Shown: positions 39,529 through 48,400 of the stretch, piece after piece
Position numbering within the stretch: position 1 is the stretch's first letter
How the letters are laid out: each line of letters starts with the position of its first letter
DNA from: an uncultured delta proteobacterium
GTDB taxonomy: Bacteria > Desulfobacterota > RBG-13-43-22
DNA length: 64,000 bases
Assembly: GCA_963843145.1 (NCBI GenBank)
Contig: CAWJJC010000028.1
Location: 672,001 to 736,000 of the forward strand
Direction: 5' to 3'
Notes under the pieces: model-generated
What the model was told of the DNA's origin: nothing
The model's database searches: none
The model's input: the letters and a program-made list of their open reading frames with translations, nothing else
Position numbers and translations under genes: made by a program

Positions 39529-40605
39529 ATGAACCAGAAAAAGATTTCGGAGCCTGCTCATTCCAGTCTTTGCCGTCGAACCTTCATGAAACTCCTCGCT
39601 CAAGGTGCCATCGGCTTGGGGTTTGGGGTCCTGGTGTTTGACCGGGGGCTTGCTTTTTCAGCCGCGGCAGATGAAGATGAAGCCCATCGCCTGCTAATGC
39701 AGGGAACAAAAGACTTTAAGGGGGTCAAGGTCGCCGAGATCACCCCCAACGACATGTTCTATCTCACCACCTATGATGGATATCCCGAGGTTCGGTTGGA
39801 TGGTTTTTCCCTTCAAATCGAAGGATTGGTAAAAAAGCCCCTGAACCTCACGATGGACGAGTTAAAAAAGATGTCGGACAAGACCGAGAGCGTAACCCTG
39901 GCCTGCATTGGCAACCCGGTGGGCGGTGATGCTATCGGAAACGCGGTTTGGGAAGGCGTCTCTCTAAAAAAAATCCTGGAACTGGCAGAACCAAAACCGG
40001 GTATCCTGAAGGCCGTTTTCTACGCCGCCGAAGGTTATACCGATAGCATTCCCTATGGGCTGGCTTCGGGCGGGGACGTCTTTCTGGCTTATAACATGAA
40101 TGGTGAGCCGTTACCCCAAAAGCACGGTTTTCCTCTCCGGGCGATTGTTCCCGGAATCTATGGAATGAAAAACGTGAAGTGGCTGCAAAAAATCGAACTG
40201 GTTAATTTTGATTTTCGAGGCTATTGGGAGAAACGGGGCTGGTCGGATACAGCGGAGATCCTGACCCTTTCCCAGATATTAATGCCCATGTCGGGTCAAA
40301 GCCTGCCGGCCGGAACACACATTTTAGGGGGGATTGCCTATGCCGGTACCCGGGGGGTGCAGCGGGTGGAAATCTCTACAGACAACGCCAAAACGTGGCA
40401 TCCTGCGGAGTTGAAGCCGCCTCTTTCGAATTTTGCCTGGACCATCTGGCGCTACGAATGGAAGGCCGTCCGAAAAGGCAGTTACAAATTGCGGGTGCGC
40501 GCCACTGACGGAAAGGGGCAGATCCAGGAATCCGCTGGTTTCTTCGCCCGTTCCTATCCCAGCGGTTCCAAGGGTATTCATGAAATCAAGGTCAGCTTAG
40601 TATGA
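39529..40605 (+). CDS. Tat-exported sulfite oxidase-family molybdoenzyme
   Basis: CRRTFMK Tat motif; LACIGN, MNGEPLP..HGFPLR, GMKNVKWL, GYWE.RGW, dimerisation domain. Confidence 0.9.
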   Translation: MNQKKISEPAHSSLCRRTFMKLLAQGAIGLGFGVLVFDRGLAFSAAADEDEAHRLLMQGTKDFKGVKVAEITPNDMFYLTTYDGYPEVRLDGFSLQIEGLVKKPLNLTMDELKKMSDKTESVTLACIGNPVGGDAIGNAVWEGVSLKKILELAEPKPGILKAVFYAAEGYTDSIPYGLASGGDVFLAYNMNGEPLPQKHGFPLRAIVPGIYGMKNVKWLQKIELVNFDFRGYWEKRGWSDTAEILTLSQILMPMSGQSLPAGTHILGGIAYAGTRGVQRVEISTDNAKTWHPAELKPPLSNFAWTIWRYEWKAVRKGSYKLRVRATDGKGQIQESAGFFARSYPSGSKGIHEIKVSLV

Positions 40606-40817
40606 ATTTTTTGACTGTAACGTTAAAGTTGGTCACTGCGCCGGCCTCGATGACCCGGCTGAGCGGCATGACCTCCAGGAAGGACAACTCGTCGGCCCCG
40701 ATGTCAGACAGGGCACCGGCTGGTATTTTGATCGGCAAAAATAGGTCTGAGGGGAGAAAGAGGCGGCGGCGATCGATATACCCAAAAAGATCAAACGCAG
40801 GACTTTGATTCGAGCGA

Positions 40818-41081
40818 TCATTCGGGTGAGTCGATTTCGTCCAGGGGAACCTCGAACCGGGCGTTCTTCTCAAACAGATCTTCCGCAATGGCCCGGGCCG
40901 CTTCCAGCGAGGCTTCATCCACCATGAGGGTGGCCCACCCCTTCTGGCCGATGAACAACCCGTCATAGGCCGTATCTTTATATTCCCGCAGGAGAAAAGG
41001 GATGCCCTCCTTCTCCAGGGAATCGGTCAACAGGTCGGCCTGAAAGCGGTTGTCCAAGGTGATCACTTTTTTCCAGTTCAT
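40818..41081 (-). CDS. DUF2007-like small protein
   Basis: NRFQADLL..SLEKEGIP...DTAYDG.F. Confidence 0.75.
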   Translation of the reverse strand: MNWKKVITLDNRFQADLLTDSLEKEGIPFLLREYKDTAYDGLFIGQKGWATLMVDEASLEAARAIAEDLFEKNARFEVPLDEIDSPE

Positions 41082-41532
41082 ACTAACCCCTCCATTGTTC
41101 ACACCTGCCTCTGAGCAACTAGGCTTGGTCCCTTGCCTGCCGTCACCCTGAGTGAAACGAAGGGTCTCGCTTTTCGGCCCAGGGTAGACTCTGCATTCAT
41201 TTCCGCAATTATATTACAACAAAGAAATTAACTTATCAAGGTCCCTGGAGAACGCGAATGAGGCTTCCCCCTTTGGGGTGGGGACCCCCTATCCGGTTTG
41301 GCCGCGGACCTGCGGAGAAAGAGTTTTTCACGGTACTCAGAACTTCATAGATGGCTAAAAAATCAATTGGCAGGAAGCTATTAATTCTTTATAATCAACA
41401 GAAATCATCGATTGGCAGTCCCCCAGCGATTACAATACAGGGCCTTTAATCCCAACACCCTGGCTCTTCCAGTCCACCGACGCGGGCGCGCAGACACCAG
41501 CCGTTGAGCTTCACTTTAGATGAGAACCTGAA

Positions 41533-42892
41533 ATGCGACGAACCATAGTAGAAGAATCGGTCCTCCTAGCCAGCGTCATCAAATGGATTGTGCTGGCTTC
41601 TTGCACCGGCGCGCTTGTCGGGCTGGGTACCACGGCCTTCCTCTTCCTCCTGGCTTTAGCCACGAATGCTTCCAACCAATACCGCTATATCTTTTTTCTC
41701 TTGCCGGTTGCCTTTTTTCTCAGTTCGCTGCTGATAAAATATCTGGCGCCCGACGCGGAAGGTCACGGCACGGAAAAAGTCATCGAAGCGATTCATAGGC
41801 GTGGAAGCCGTATTCCCCTGGCCGTGGTCCCGGTAAAACTTCTCGCCACCATAATTACGTTGGCGATTGGGGGCTCTGCCGGCAAGGAAGGACCGTGCGC
41901 TCAAATTGGGGCCGGCATTGCGGCATTTTTTGCCCGAGTGCTGAATCTTGAGGAGAACGATAGAAGAAAACTGGTGATCTGTGGAATCAGCGCCGGTTTT
42001 GCTACCGTTTTCGGCACACCTATTGCGGGGTCCATTTTCGGGGTAGAAGTCTTGTTCGTTGGCAGCCTTCTTTATGAGGTATTGTTACCTTCGTTCATTG
42101 CCGGGGTAACAGCCTATCAGGTGTCTACTTTCTTCGAAGTTCCGTATCTTCACACTCCGTCTATTCTTATAGCGAACATCAATGAGGCGCTTCTGTTGAA
42201 GGTGATTTTCTCCGGCATCATCTTCGGGGTTATTTCGGCGCTGCTGATTGTGGGTTTGCACCTGGGGCATAAACTTGCCGACAAATTTCGGGTCTGGACG
42301 CCAATCAAGGGACTTATCGGCGGTGGCTTCATCGTGCTCCTGGCTTTGGCTTTCGGAAATCAGTTTCTCGGCTTGGGTATGCAGACCATCAGTTCCTGCC
42401 TGAACGGTCAGCCGGCATCCTGGGATGCTCCGTTCCTCAAAATTGTCTTCACTTCCCTCACGCTCAGTTTCGGAGGAAGCGGAGGAATAGTCACCCCCAT
42501 ATTCTTCATCGGCAGCACCACGGGAGCACTGGTTGCACAGGTATTGCACATGGATTCCGCCATACTGGCCGCCATAGGTTTTGTGAGCCTTCTGGCGGGC
42601 GCCGCCAACACGCCCGATTGCCGCGAGCATCATGGCGGTAGAGATGTTCGGCCCTTCCGTAGGACCCTATGCGGCGGTGGCCTGCATCATCAGTTACCTG
42701 GTGACCGGCCATCGCAGCGTCTATCCCTCTCAGGTCTTGGCGGTAACGAAATCCTCGTCACTAAATGCGGAAATGGGGCAGGAAATGCACGCCGTTCATG
42801 CCTTGTATCAGAAAAGAAACAAAACCGTGACCGGTTTGCTCTTGACCCTACTGGACAAAGTGCATGACAAATGGAAAAGACGGGGGAAATGA
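41533..42892 (+). CDS. CLC-family chloride channel/antiporter, split by one extra base at ~42613-42616
   Basis: GHGTE, GKEGP, FGTP, GGIVTP; GAANTP|IAASIMAVEMFG restored by removing one base. Confidence 0.88.
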
Positions 42893-42948
42893 AAACAATC
42901 GGTTTAACCGGCCGTCGAAGGCGGAAACCCCGGCCACAAGTTCAGTTA

Positions 42949-43947
42949 CTAACTCCCTGAATCGGCGGGGGGGTCCGGCCTTTTATTCTTAAGAAGTTTT
43001 CTTTTCAAGACCCGGTGCCAGTCGGTGAAATCCGGTTCTCCCTGATCCTGTTCCAGGTGGTCGCTCATCATTTTCAGCTTTCCCTCAAGGTCATCCAGGA
43101 AATGGACTACCAGGGCTTCCCGGGTCTGAGGCAGAACCGGTGAGCCGAATTCCAACTGGCCGTGGTGGGCCAGAACGATATGTTCCAACTGGGTGAGCAG
43201 CCGGGGATCGTCCCAGCCGATCGTGCGGGCCGCCTCTCGAACCATCTCCCAGCCTAGGACGATATGACCCAGCAATTGACCCTCGAAACTGTTTTGGGCC
43301 GTTAATCCCTCCTCAATCTCTTTAATCTTGCCCAGATCATGGAGCATGGCCCCGGCCAGTAACAGGCCGCGGTTCAGGTCGGGGAAAATATCCGCCGTCA
43401 TCCGGGTCAGCCGGACCACCCGGTGGGTGTGTTCCATCAAACCGCCCCGGTAGGCGTGGTGGTATTGTTTGGCTGCCGGGCGGATAAGCCAGGCTTCTTT
43501 ATGGGTTTGAAGCAGGTTCAGGGTGAGGGTCTTCAGGTCAGGAGGATCGATTTCGGTTTCCACCCAATGGAGGATTTCATTCCAGAGTTCCAGAGGATCG
43601 AGAGGCGAGACGGGGACCAGCAAACCGGGGTCGAAATGGGAGGCTTCCAGTTGTTCGGGTGGGATCAGGTGGGTTCCCTTGATCCGCTCAATCGTCAACT
43701 GGCGTTCGTCCTGATAGGAGTCCACTTTTCCGGCCACCCCGGCGAACTGGCCGGCTTCAAAGAGGGGATCCAACTGTTCGAGGGACTCGTTCCAGATTTT
43801 AGCTCCCAGGTTTCCGGTTCGATCGGCCAGGGTGATATCCAGATATTCCTTGCCGCCCCGGGTGCGGCGCCGCTCTTTTTTCTTGACCAAAAAATACTGA
43901 TTGACCTTGCTGCCGGGTTTCAGTTCATTGATAAAAGTATGAGGCAT
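42949..43947 (-). CDS. yhaM: YhaM-family OB-fold + HD 3'-5' exoribonuclease
   Basis: N-terminal OB fold; PAAKQYHH..GGL.EH, LHDLGK, GHI, HHG..EFGSP. Confidence 0.9.
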   Translation of the reverse strand: MPHTFINELKPGSKVNQYFLVKKKERRRTRGGKEYLDITLADRTGNLGAKIWNESLEQLDPLFEAGQFAGVAGKVDSYQDERQLTIERIKGTHLIPPEQLEASHFDPGLLVPVSPLDPLELWNEILHWVETEIDPPDLKTLTLNLLQTHKEAWLIRPAAKQYHHAYRGGLMEHTHRVVRLTRMTADIFPDLNRGLLLAGAMLHDLGKIKEIEEGLTAQNSFEGQLLGHIVLGWEMVREAARTIGWDDPRLLTQLEHIVLAHHGQLEFGSPVLPQTREALVVHFLDDLEGKLKMMSDHLEQDQGEPDFTDWHRVLKRKLLKNKRPDPPADSGS

Positions 43948-43968
43948 GGGCGGAGAGTTTCTTGCCGG

Positions 43969-44346
43969 TTATGCCGCGTCCTTGAGCGTTCTGTACGGCT
44001 GAATCAGTACTTCTGCAGAAATACCCAAACCATTGTGAAGGTTTCTGATCATCTCCATAGTGAGCGGACGTTTTCGATTCAAGACTTCGGAAACGCGCGC
44101 ACGACTCCCAATAAAGGGCTCTAAGTCTCGGCGAGAGAGACCCCTACTTTCCATATGGTACAGAATGGCTTCAATAGGGTCAGGTAGAGGAATCGCGTAA
44201 TGCTTTTCCTCATAGACTTCCGTGAGGGTTGTCAGAACTTCAAGACGATCTGCTTCAGCCGTACCGGGCTTCGCGTCAAAGAGCCGCTCAATCTCTTTGA
44301 GTGCGGCCTCGTAATCGGCTTCTGTCCTTATTGGCTTTATTTTCAC
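43969..44346 (-). CDS. higA: HigA antitoxin (HTH)
   Basis: IKPIRTEADY..AL, PDPIEAI, RVSEVLNRKR.LT. Confidence 0.93.
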   Translation of the reverse strand: MKIKPIRTEADYEAALKEIERLFDAKPGTAEADRLEVLTTLTEVYEEKHYAIPLPDPIEAILYHMESRGLSRRDLEPFIGSRARVSEVLNRKRPLTMEMIRNLHNGLGISAEVLIQPYRTLKDAA

Positions 44347-44359
44347 GTCTGGGACCTCC

Positions 44360-44653
44360 TTAGACTTTCGCGGCTTCTATCCTGTCGTACTCTTGGTGCG
44401 TGCCGACAAACCTGATAAACACAATGCCGTACTCATAGCGTATAGCGACGACCAATCTATAGCGGTTGCCCTTAAGGTTAAAGACAACCCTGTCGTTTCC
44501 TACAAAACTGGCACTTCGATAGTCTGCCTTGATGTCCGCAGAGCTTTTCCATATAGCATGCTTGGCATCGTCATACCACGCCTGGAGCGGCTGTCGCACA
44601 TCAGGATGCTGCTCCCAAAATTTCTTGAGTTTCTTTCGGGATATGACCCTCAT
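44360..44653 (-). CDS. higB: HigB toxin (RelE fold)
   Basis: MRVIS..L..FW, RVVFNLKGN.YRL, FIRFVGTH.EYD. Confidence 0.93.
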   Translation of the reverse strand: MRVISRKKLKKFWEQHPDVRQPLQAWYDDAKHAIWKSSADIKADYRSASFVGNDRVVFNLKGNRYRLVVAIRYEYGIVFIRFVGTHQEYDRIEAAKV

Positions 44654-44724
44654 TAAAGATAGTATATCCTGTTCCCAAATAGGGAGCAACTAAAATTATC
44701 ACAGTTTTATAAGCGGTTCTATAG

Positions 44725-44788
44725 CCATAACGCTGGGCATGAGAGGCGCGCGGCTTTTTTCGCGTCCCGCTCAATGCGGTGGTTCGAA
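44725..44788 (-). repeat. attC site
   Basis: TTCGAAC-CACCGCATTGAGCGGGACGCGAAAAAAGCCGCGCGCCTCTCATGCCCAGC-GTTATGG. Confidence 0.85.
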
Positions 44789-44789
44789 A

Positions 44790-45042
44790 TTTTTAAGGGA
44801 TTCCAATAGTTCAACGTCGGCCAAATCCTTGGTCCTCCCCGAGGCCTTTTTATTGTGGATCAAATCGTCGATTGAAGGAATATGGACTTCAATCCCTTCG
44901 ATGATCACCGAAATTGAGTATCGATGTCCATAGTGGCCCGTGGATAACCGTGGGCCGCCAGCGCATAGGCGCCGACGAGGATGAATCTAACCTTCTCGTC
45001 GGACAAGGCATGTAATATGTCTCTATAGTCTTCGTTCAACAT
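44790..45042 (-). pseudogene. Minimal nucleotidyltransferase (DUF6036-like), internally deleted
   Basis: MLNEDYRD...VGAYALAAHGYPRATMDID joined out of frame to ...DLIHNKKASGRTKDLADVELL. Confidence 0.8.
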
Positions 45043-45178
45043 CGTGCTTTACGCTCAGAGATGCGATTTCTCGGGTTAATGGCCAGACGAGTCCAATGCG
45101 CTCTTCCGGTGTGCCGGGAACGTAATCGTCATTCCATTGGTCCGTCATTCTGTATATTGCTGTTTGTTTCCTGTCCAT
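44987..45178 (-). pseudogene. Small partner ORF of the nucleotidyltransferase, with internal TAG
   Basis: MDRKQT...TPEERIGLVWPLT...ERRL*RHITCLVRREG. Confidence 0.6.
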
Positions 45179-45273
45179 AAATTCAAAATACCATTTTACC
45201 CCTGCAAGATCAATCGGATACTTATTCCGAACAAGTTCTTATAGGCTTTAGGGGGTCGGACCCAATGCCGCCT

Positions 45274-45614
45274 GAAATGGGAGGCCTACCAGTTGCTCGG
45301 GAGGGATCAGGTGGGTTCCCTTGATCCGCTCAATCGTCAACTGGCGTTCGTCCTGATAGGAGTCCACTTTCCCGGCCACCCCGGCGAACTGGCCGGCTTC
45401 AAAGAGGGGATCCAACTGTTCGAGGGACTCGCTCCAGATTTTAGCCCCCAGGCTCCCGGTTCGATCGGCCAGGATGATATCCAGATAATCCTTGCCGCCC
45501 CGGGTGCGGCGTCGCTCTTTTTTCTTGATCAAAAAATACTGATTGACCTTGCTGCCGGGTTTCAGTTCATTGATAAAGATATGAGGCATGGGCGGAGAGA
45601 TTCTTACCGGTTAT
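45274..45614 (-). pseudogene. Duplicate of the yhaM 5' end plus 25 nt upstream
   Basis: Direct repeat of 43633-43972, about 95% identical by manual comparison. Confidence 0.92.
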
Positions 45615-45679
45615 AATTTAATGAGGTTTTCTCAAAATTCAACGTAATAAGTCGTTTGAACCCTCTAATGCCCCGCGTA

Positions 45680-45737
45680 GCGGAACGCAGGCATCAGCCG
45701 CGCTGTTTTTTGCTTAGGCGGGATACATTTGTTGGCT
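45680..45737 (-). repeat. attC site (degenerate)
   Basis: AGCCAAC-AAATGTATCCCGCCTAAGCAAAAAACAGCGCGGCTGATGCCTGC-GTTCCGC. Confidence 0.75.
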
Positions 45738-45888
45738 CTGGTTTCTTAAGAGTAAGACGGACAATCTTGTGCCCAGAGGCGGTTTGAATGGAACGGAGAT
45801 CAGCACATATTGCAGAAAGATCACCTCGAAATTTTTGAGTGTGTTCCATTCGATGCATACGGACTTCTTCAACAATAGGGTCTTTCAT
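45694..45888 (-). CDS. Small putative antitoxin downstream of PIN gene
   Basis: MKDPIVEEVR..R; starts 3 nt after PIN stop; stop lies inside attC. Confidence 0.75.
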   Translation of the reverse strand: MKDPIVEEVRMHRMEHTQKFRGDLSAICADLRSIQTASGHKIVRLTLKKPEPTNVSRLSKKQRG

Positions 45889-45891
45889 TTT

Positions 45892-46365
45892 TTAAGCCTC
45901 CAATAATTCGTCAGGTGAGCAGATTTCAGGGCAAAGATATCCTTCATTTTCGACGATTTGCCTTATCGCCCTACGGGTGAAGGGGTTGTTCAGATGAGCA
46001 AAATTCCATGTGACAACCACATCGATACTGTTCACCGCTGCTACTGCAATATGAAGGGCATCTTCCGGATAATTAGCCGGTATGCCCCTCCCCGAAATGA
46101 TATTTCCAGCAAGAGATCTAACCTCGTTATCAATGTCGAGCATTGGAAAAGGTTTAATGGCTACCAGCCGAATCTTGGCTTGGTCTGAATCGCCTTTGCT
46201 GGCCTCTTCATACACGAGTGCCGAGATGTATGTCTCATACTTGGTTGATAGTTCAGGCCAAAGATCCCGAGTGGCCTCCTGATGGCCGGCAATCATTAAA
46301 TCACGGCTTGGCCGAGCAGTGTAATAGCTCACTATAGTCGTTTCGATATATATTCGTTTCTTCAT
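45892..46365 (-). CDS. PIN-domain (VapC-like) toxin
   Basis: IYIETTIVSY, EDALHIA.A, TWNFAHL, PEICSPDEL. Confidence 0.9.
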   Translation of the reverse strand: MKKRIYIETTIVSYYTARPSRDLMIAGHQEATRDLWPELSTKYETYISALVYEEASKGDSDQAKIRLVAIKPFPMLDIDNEVRSLAGNIISGRGIPANYPEDALHIAVAAVNSIDVVVTWNFAHLNNPFTRRAIRQIVENEGYLCPEICSPDELLEA

Positions 46366-46404
46366 ATTTCAATCATAACATTTTTCAGCGCTGTTTTAAA
46401 TCAG

Positions 46405-46493
46405 AGCCAATGCGGCGTTCACCCGTGGCACGCAGCTTGCGGGCCGGAGGCCAGGCAAGCAAGTAACATCGGTGTCCAATGGCCTGGTTGGCG
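46405..46493 (-). repeat. attC site (core GTT mutated to ATT)
   Basis: CGCCAAC ... GCTTGC/GCAAGC central stem ... ATTGGCT. Confidence 0.65.
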
Positions 46494-46563
46494 ACGACTG
46501 TGTCGGAGTCGACCGGAACATGGTACCGAAGGGGCAACGCCGCATTGGCGACGGCGCAGTCGT

Positions 46564-46624
46564 CGCCAACGTCGCAAATCAGCCGCGAGGCTTTTTGCGT
46601 CGGCTGCATTTGCCTTGGCTAGGG
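46564..46624 (-). repeat. attC site
   Basis: CCCTAGC-CAAGGCAAATGCAGCCGACGCAAAAAGCCTCGCGGCTGATTTGCGAC-GTTGGCG. Confidence 0.85.
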
Positions 46625-47104
46625 CTCTTTTTCTGAAGCTTCTAAACAAAAAGGTTCAAGCTTTATAATCAATCGATTAGCTAGACGATCCAATACGTTG
46701 ATATCAGGCAGCGTACTTTGACTTTCAACAATGTTTTTGAGTTCGAAGTATTCAAATCCTTTTCTGACATACCATCTGTTGGCTTTAACGATATTGTCCT
46801 GCTCCTCATCGGATATTGAAACTATCGAAAACAATCCGAGGTTTTTTGATTTCGTTAGAATTTTATCTAAATCATGTCCAAGGATTCTTTCTTTCAAACG
46901 ATCCCGACTGACACCACTTGCAAGCAAGTACGCCTTCTAGAAAGTTCTAATGCCGTCAAATCAAATAATAAGCTGCTGGTGAAAAGGCATTTTTGAACTA
47001 TTGAAGTGATGCGCTTTAAAAATCTTTTAATATATGATGAACGCCAATGGGCTAAGAAAAACGCGAACTGGCGGGACATTAATTGTAATATTTTTGTTGT
47101 CCAT
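46619..47104 (-). pseudogene. HEPN-like cassette gene, multiply frameshifted
   Basis: Fragments FSPAAYYLI / ALELS|KAYLLASG / LGHDL in shifting frames. Confidence 0.6.
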
Positions 47105-47127
47105 ATCCAAATACCAATAATCTTAAG

Positions 47128-47185
47128 CCCTACCCCCAGGATGAGGAACGCGGCTTAGCGCGTCTGCTCTGTCCGTTTGATGGGC
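47128..47185 (-). repeat. attC site (degenerate)
   Basis: GCCCATC-AAACGGACAGAGCAGACGCGCTAAGCCGCGTTCCTCATCCTGGG-GGTAGGG. Confidence 0.6.
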
Positions 47186-47257
47186 CGGGGACCCGCAGGG
47201 CTAAAAACTTGTTGAGGGGGGCGCTCCGCAGCGAAAGTTGGGCGCTGCGCAAGAGCC

Positions 47258-47769
47258 TTACTTTGCTGGTGGCGACACCCATGGGTGAATGAGCTCACAC
47301 TTTCCAGAGCCCTCAGATGCTGGAACGATTTTGCTACGGTCCAAAGCGTAAACCAAAAGCCTATAGCGTCCCGTAGTCCAATTAATCATGTAGACGATTT
47401 TGCCATGAAAGGGAGAATCGTACTCTAGGCTCATTTTCCATCTGAATCTTTATCCACTTTCTCGTATAGCAATGGATCATCCGAAGCAACCCCCTTGAAA
47501 TAAGTTCTTACTACCAGATAGTCTCCCATAGGCGGCTCTGGCTTCGTGCCAGCCTTGTGGTTCGCGGCCCTCCTTTTCTCAATATCTGTAGTCTTGGCAA
47601 TAATGGCGAAACCGCCTTCGTCTTTATCAGGGAAGCATACATATTCGTCGGCATAATGATTAAAGGCGTTCGAGTCGCGCAGTTCGTTGTAATACTGGCG
47701 CGTGGTCTGGGCAATAGCTACGCCAGACACCGATATGAAAAGTAGCGCCAACAAAAACCGAATGTTCAT
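47258..47769 (-). pseudogene. Exported hypothetical cassette protein, one base missing near 47432
   Basis: Signal peptide MNIRFLLALLFISVSGVAIA; continues SLEYDSPFHGKIVYMINWTTGRY...PAK* in another frame. Confidence 0.7.
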
Positions 47770-47794
47770 TACATGCTTCGCACTGTGTTGTAAA

Positions 47795-47854
47795 GCCCAA
47801 CGCAGAGCTAACCGGCTCGCCGAAGGCGAGACCGATTTGAGCGCCGGGTTGGGT
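47795..47854 (-). repeat. attC site (60 bp, best preserved)
   Basis: ACCCAAC-CCGGCGCTCAAATCGGTCTCGCCTTCGGCGAGCCGGTTAGCTCTGC-GTTGGGC. Confidence 0.9.
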
Positions 47855-47864
47855 AGCTTAGACC

Positions 47865-48209
47865 TCATTTTTTTAATTCTAATGTTAGTTCCAAGACAGA
47901 TAACGCGAAGTTATCTAGTGGATTTTGTGAACAATGATTCTTCAGATACAACATCATAGAAGTTACATCCGTTGCCTTTCCCATATCCTGCCTTTTATAA
48001 ACACGGTGTAGGTTAATGGCTGATAGATATCCCTGCAACCACGTGACATAAAACCCGTAGTCATCATTCTGAAGTTCTTACGTTTTCAAAAATTGGCCGC
48101 ATGATCGAGTAGCAACTCCGAATAAGAGCAAATCTGTCTCAGGTGCGCCTTCCGCGAAAACATTATTCGTTTGTAACAGGATGACAAATAGAACGATGTA
48201 CTTGTACAT
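47865..48209 (-). pseudogene. Exported hypothetical cassette protein, frameshifted
   Basis: GGAGG RBS; MYKYIVLFVILL...RSCGQF / YVTWLQGYLSAIN / LKNHCSQNPLD in different frames; GTTGGGC core 21 nt upstream of ATG. Confidence 0.7.
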
Positions 48210-48360
48210 GTCACCTCCGAGTATGGAAAGCCCAACAATATATTGAATAGTTTCTTTTCAATATCAAAAAACTCTGATGCCGTCAAGGTCGGCAACAAAT
48301 TAATTTACCTATCACCGAAGGCCATTAATTTCGGAGTGCCAGTGTACCCCGAGAATAAGC

Positions 48361-48395
48361 CTGGATTCCCGCTCAGAAGCACTGCGGGAATGACG
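48361..48395. repeat. REP-like half element
   Basis: CTGGATTCCCGC...GCGGGAATGACG. Confidence 0.55.
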
Positions 48396-48400
48396 ATCTA

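Larger units (their letters stand above)
43968..48236 (-). mobile_element. Integron gene-cassette array lacking an adjacent integrase (CALIN), about 7 cassettes
   Basis: Six attC-like imperfect palindromes, each just after an ORF end or cassette; all genes co-oriented; lower GC than flanks. Confidence 0.85.

Noticed and set aside
40633-40821. 62-aa ORF overlapping the DUF2007 stop
   Set aside because: Possibly a gene remnant, but no family could be recognised.
41400-41532. Possible fluoride riboswitch before the CLC gene
   Set aside because: No GGCGATGG..TCGCC motif, and the protein has GHGTE/GKEGP rather than CLC-F motifs.
46385-46649. ORF-track peptides MQPTQKASRLICDV... and MFRSFRK...
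   Set aside because: These are translations of attC sequence, not genes.
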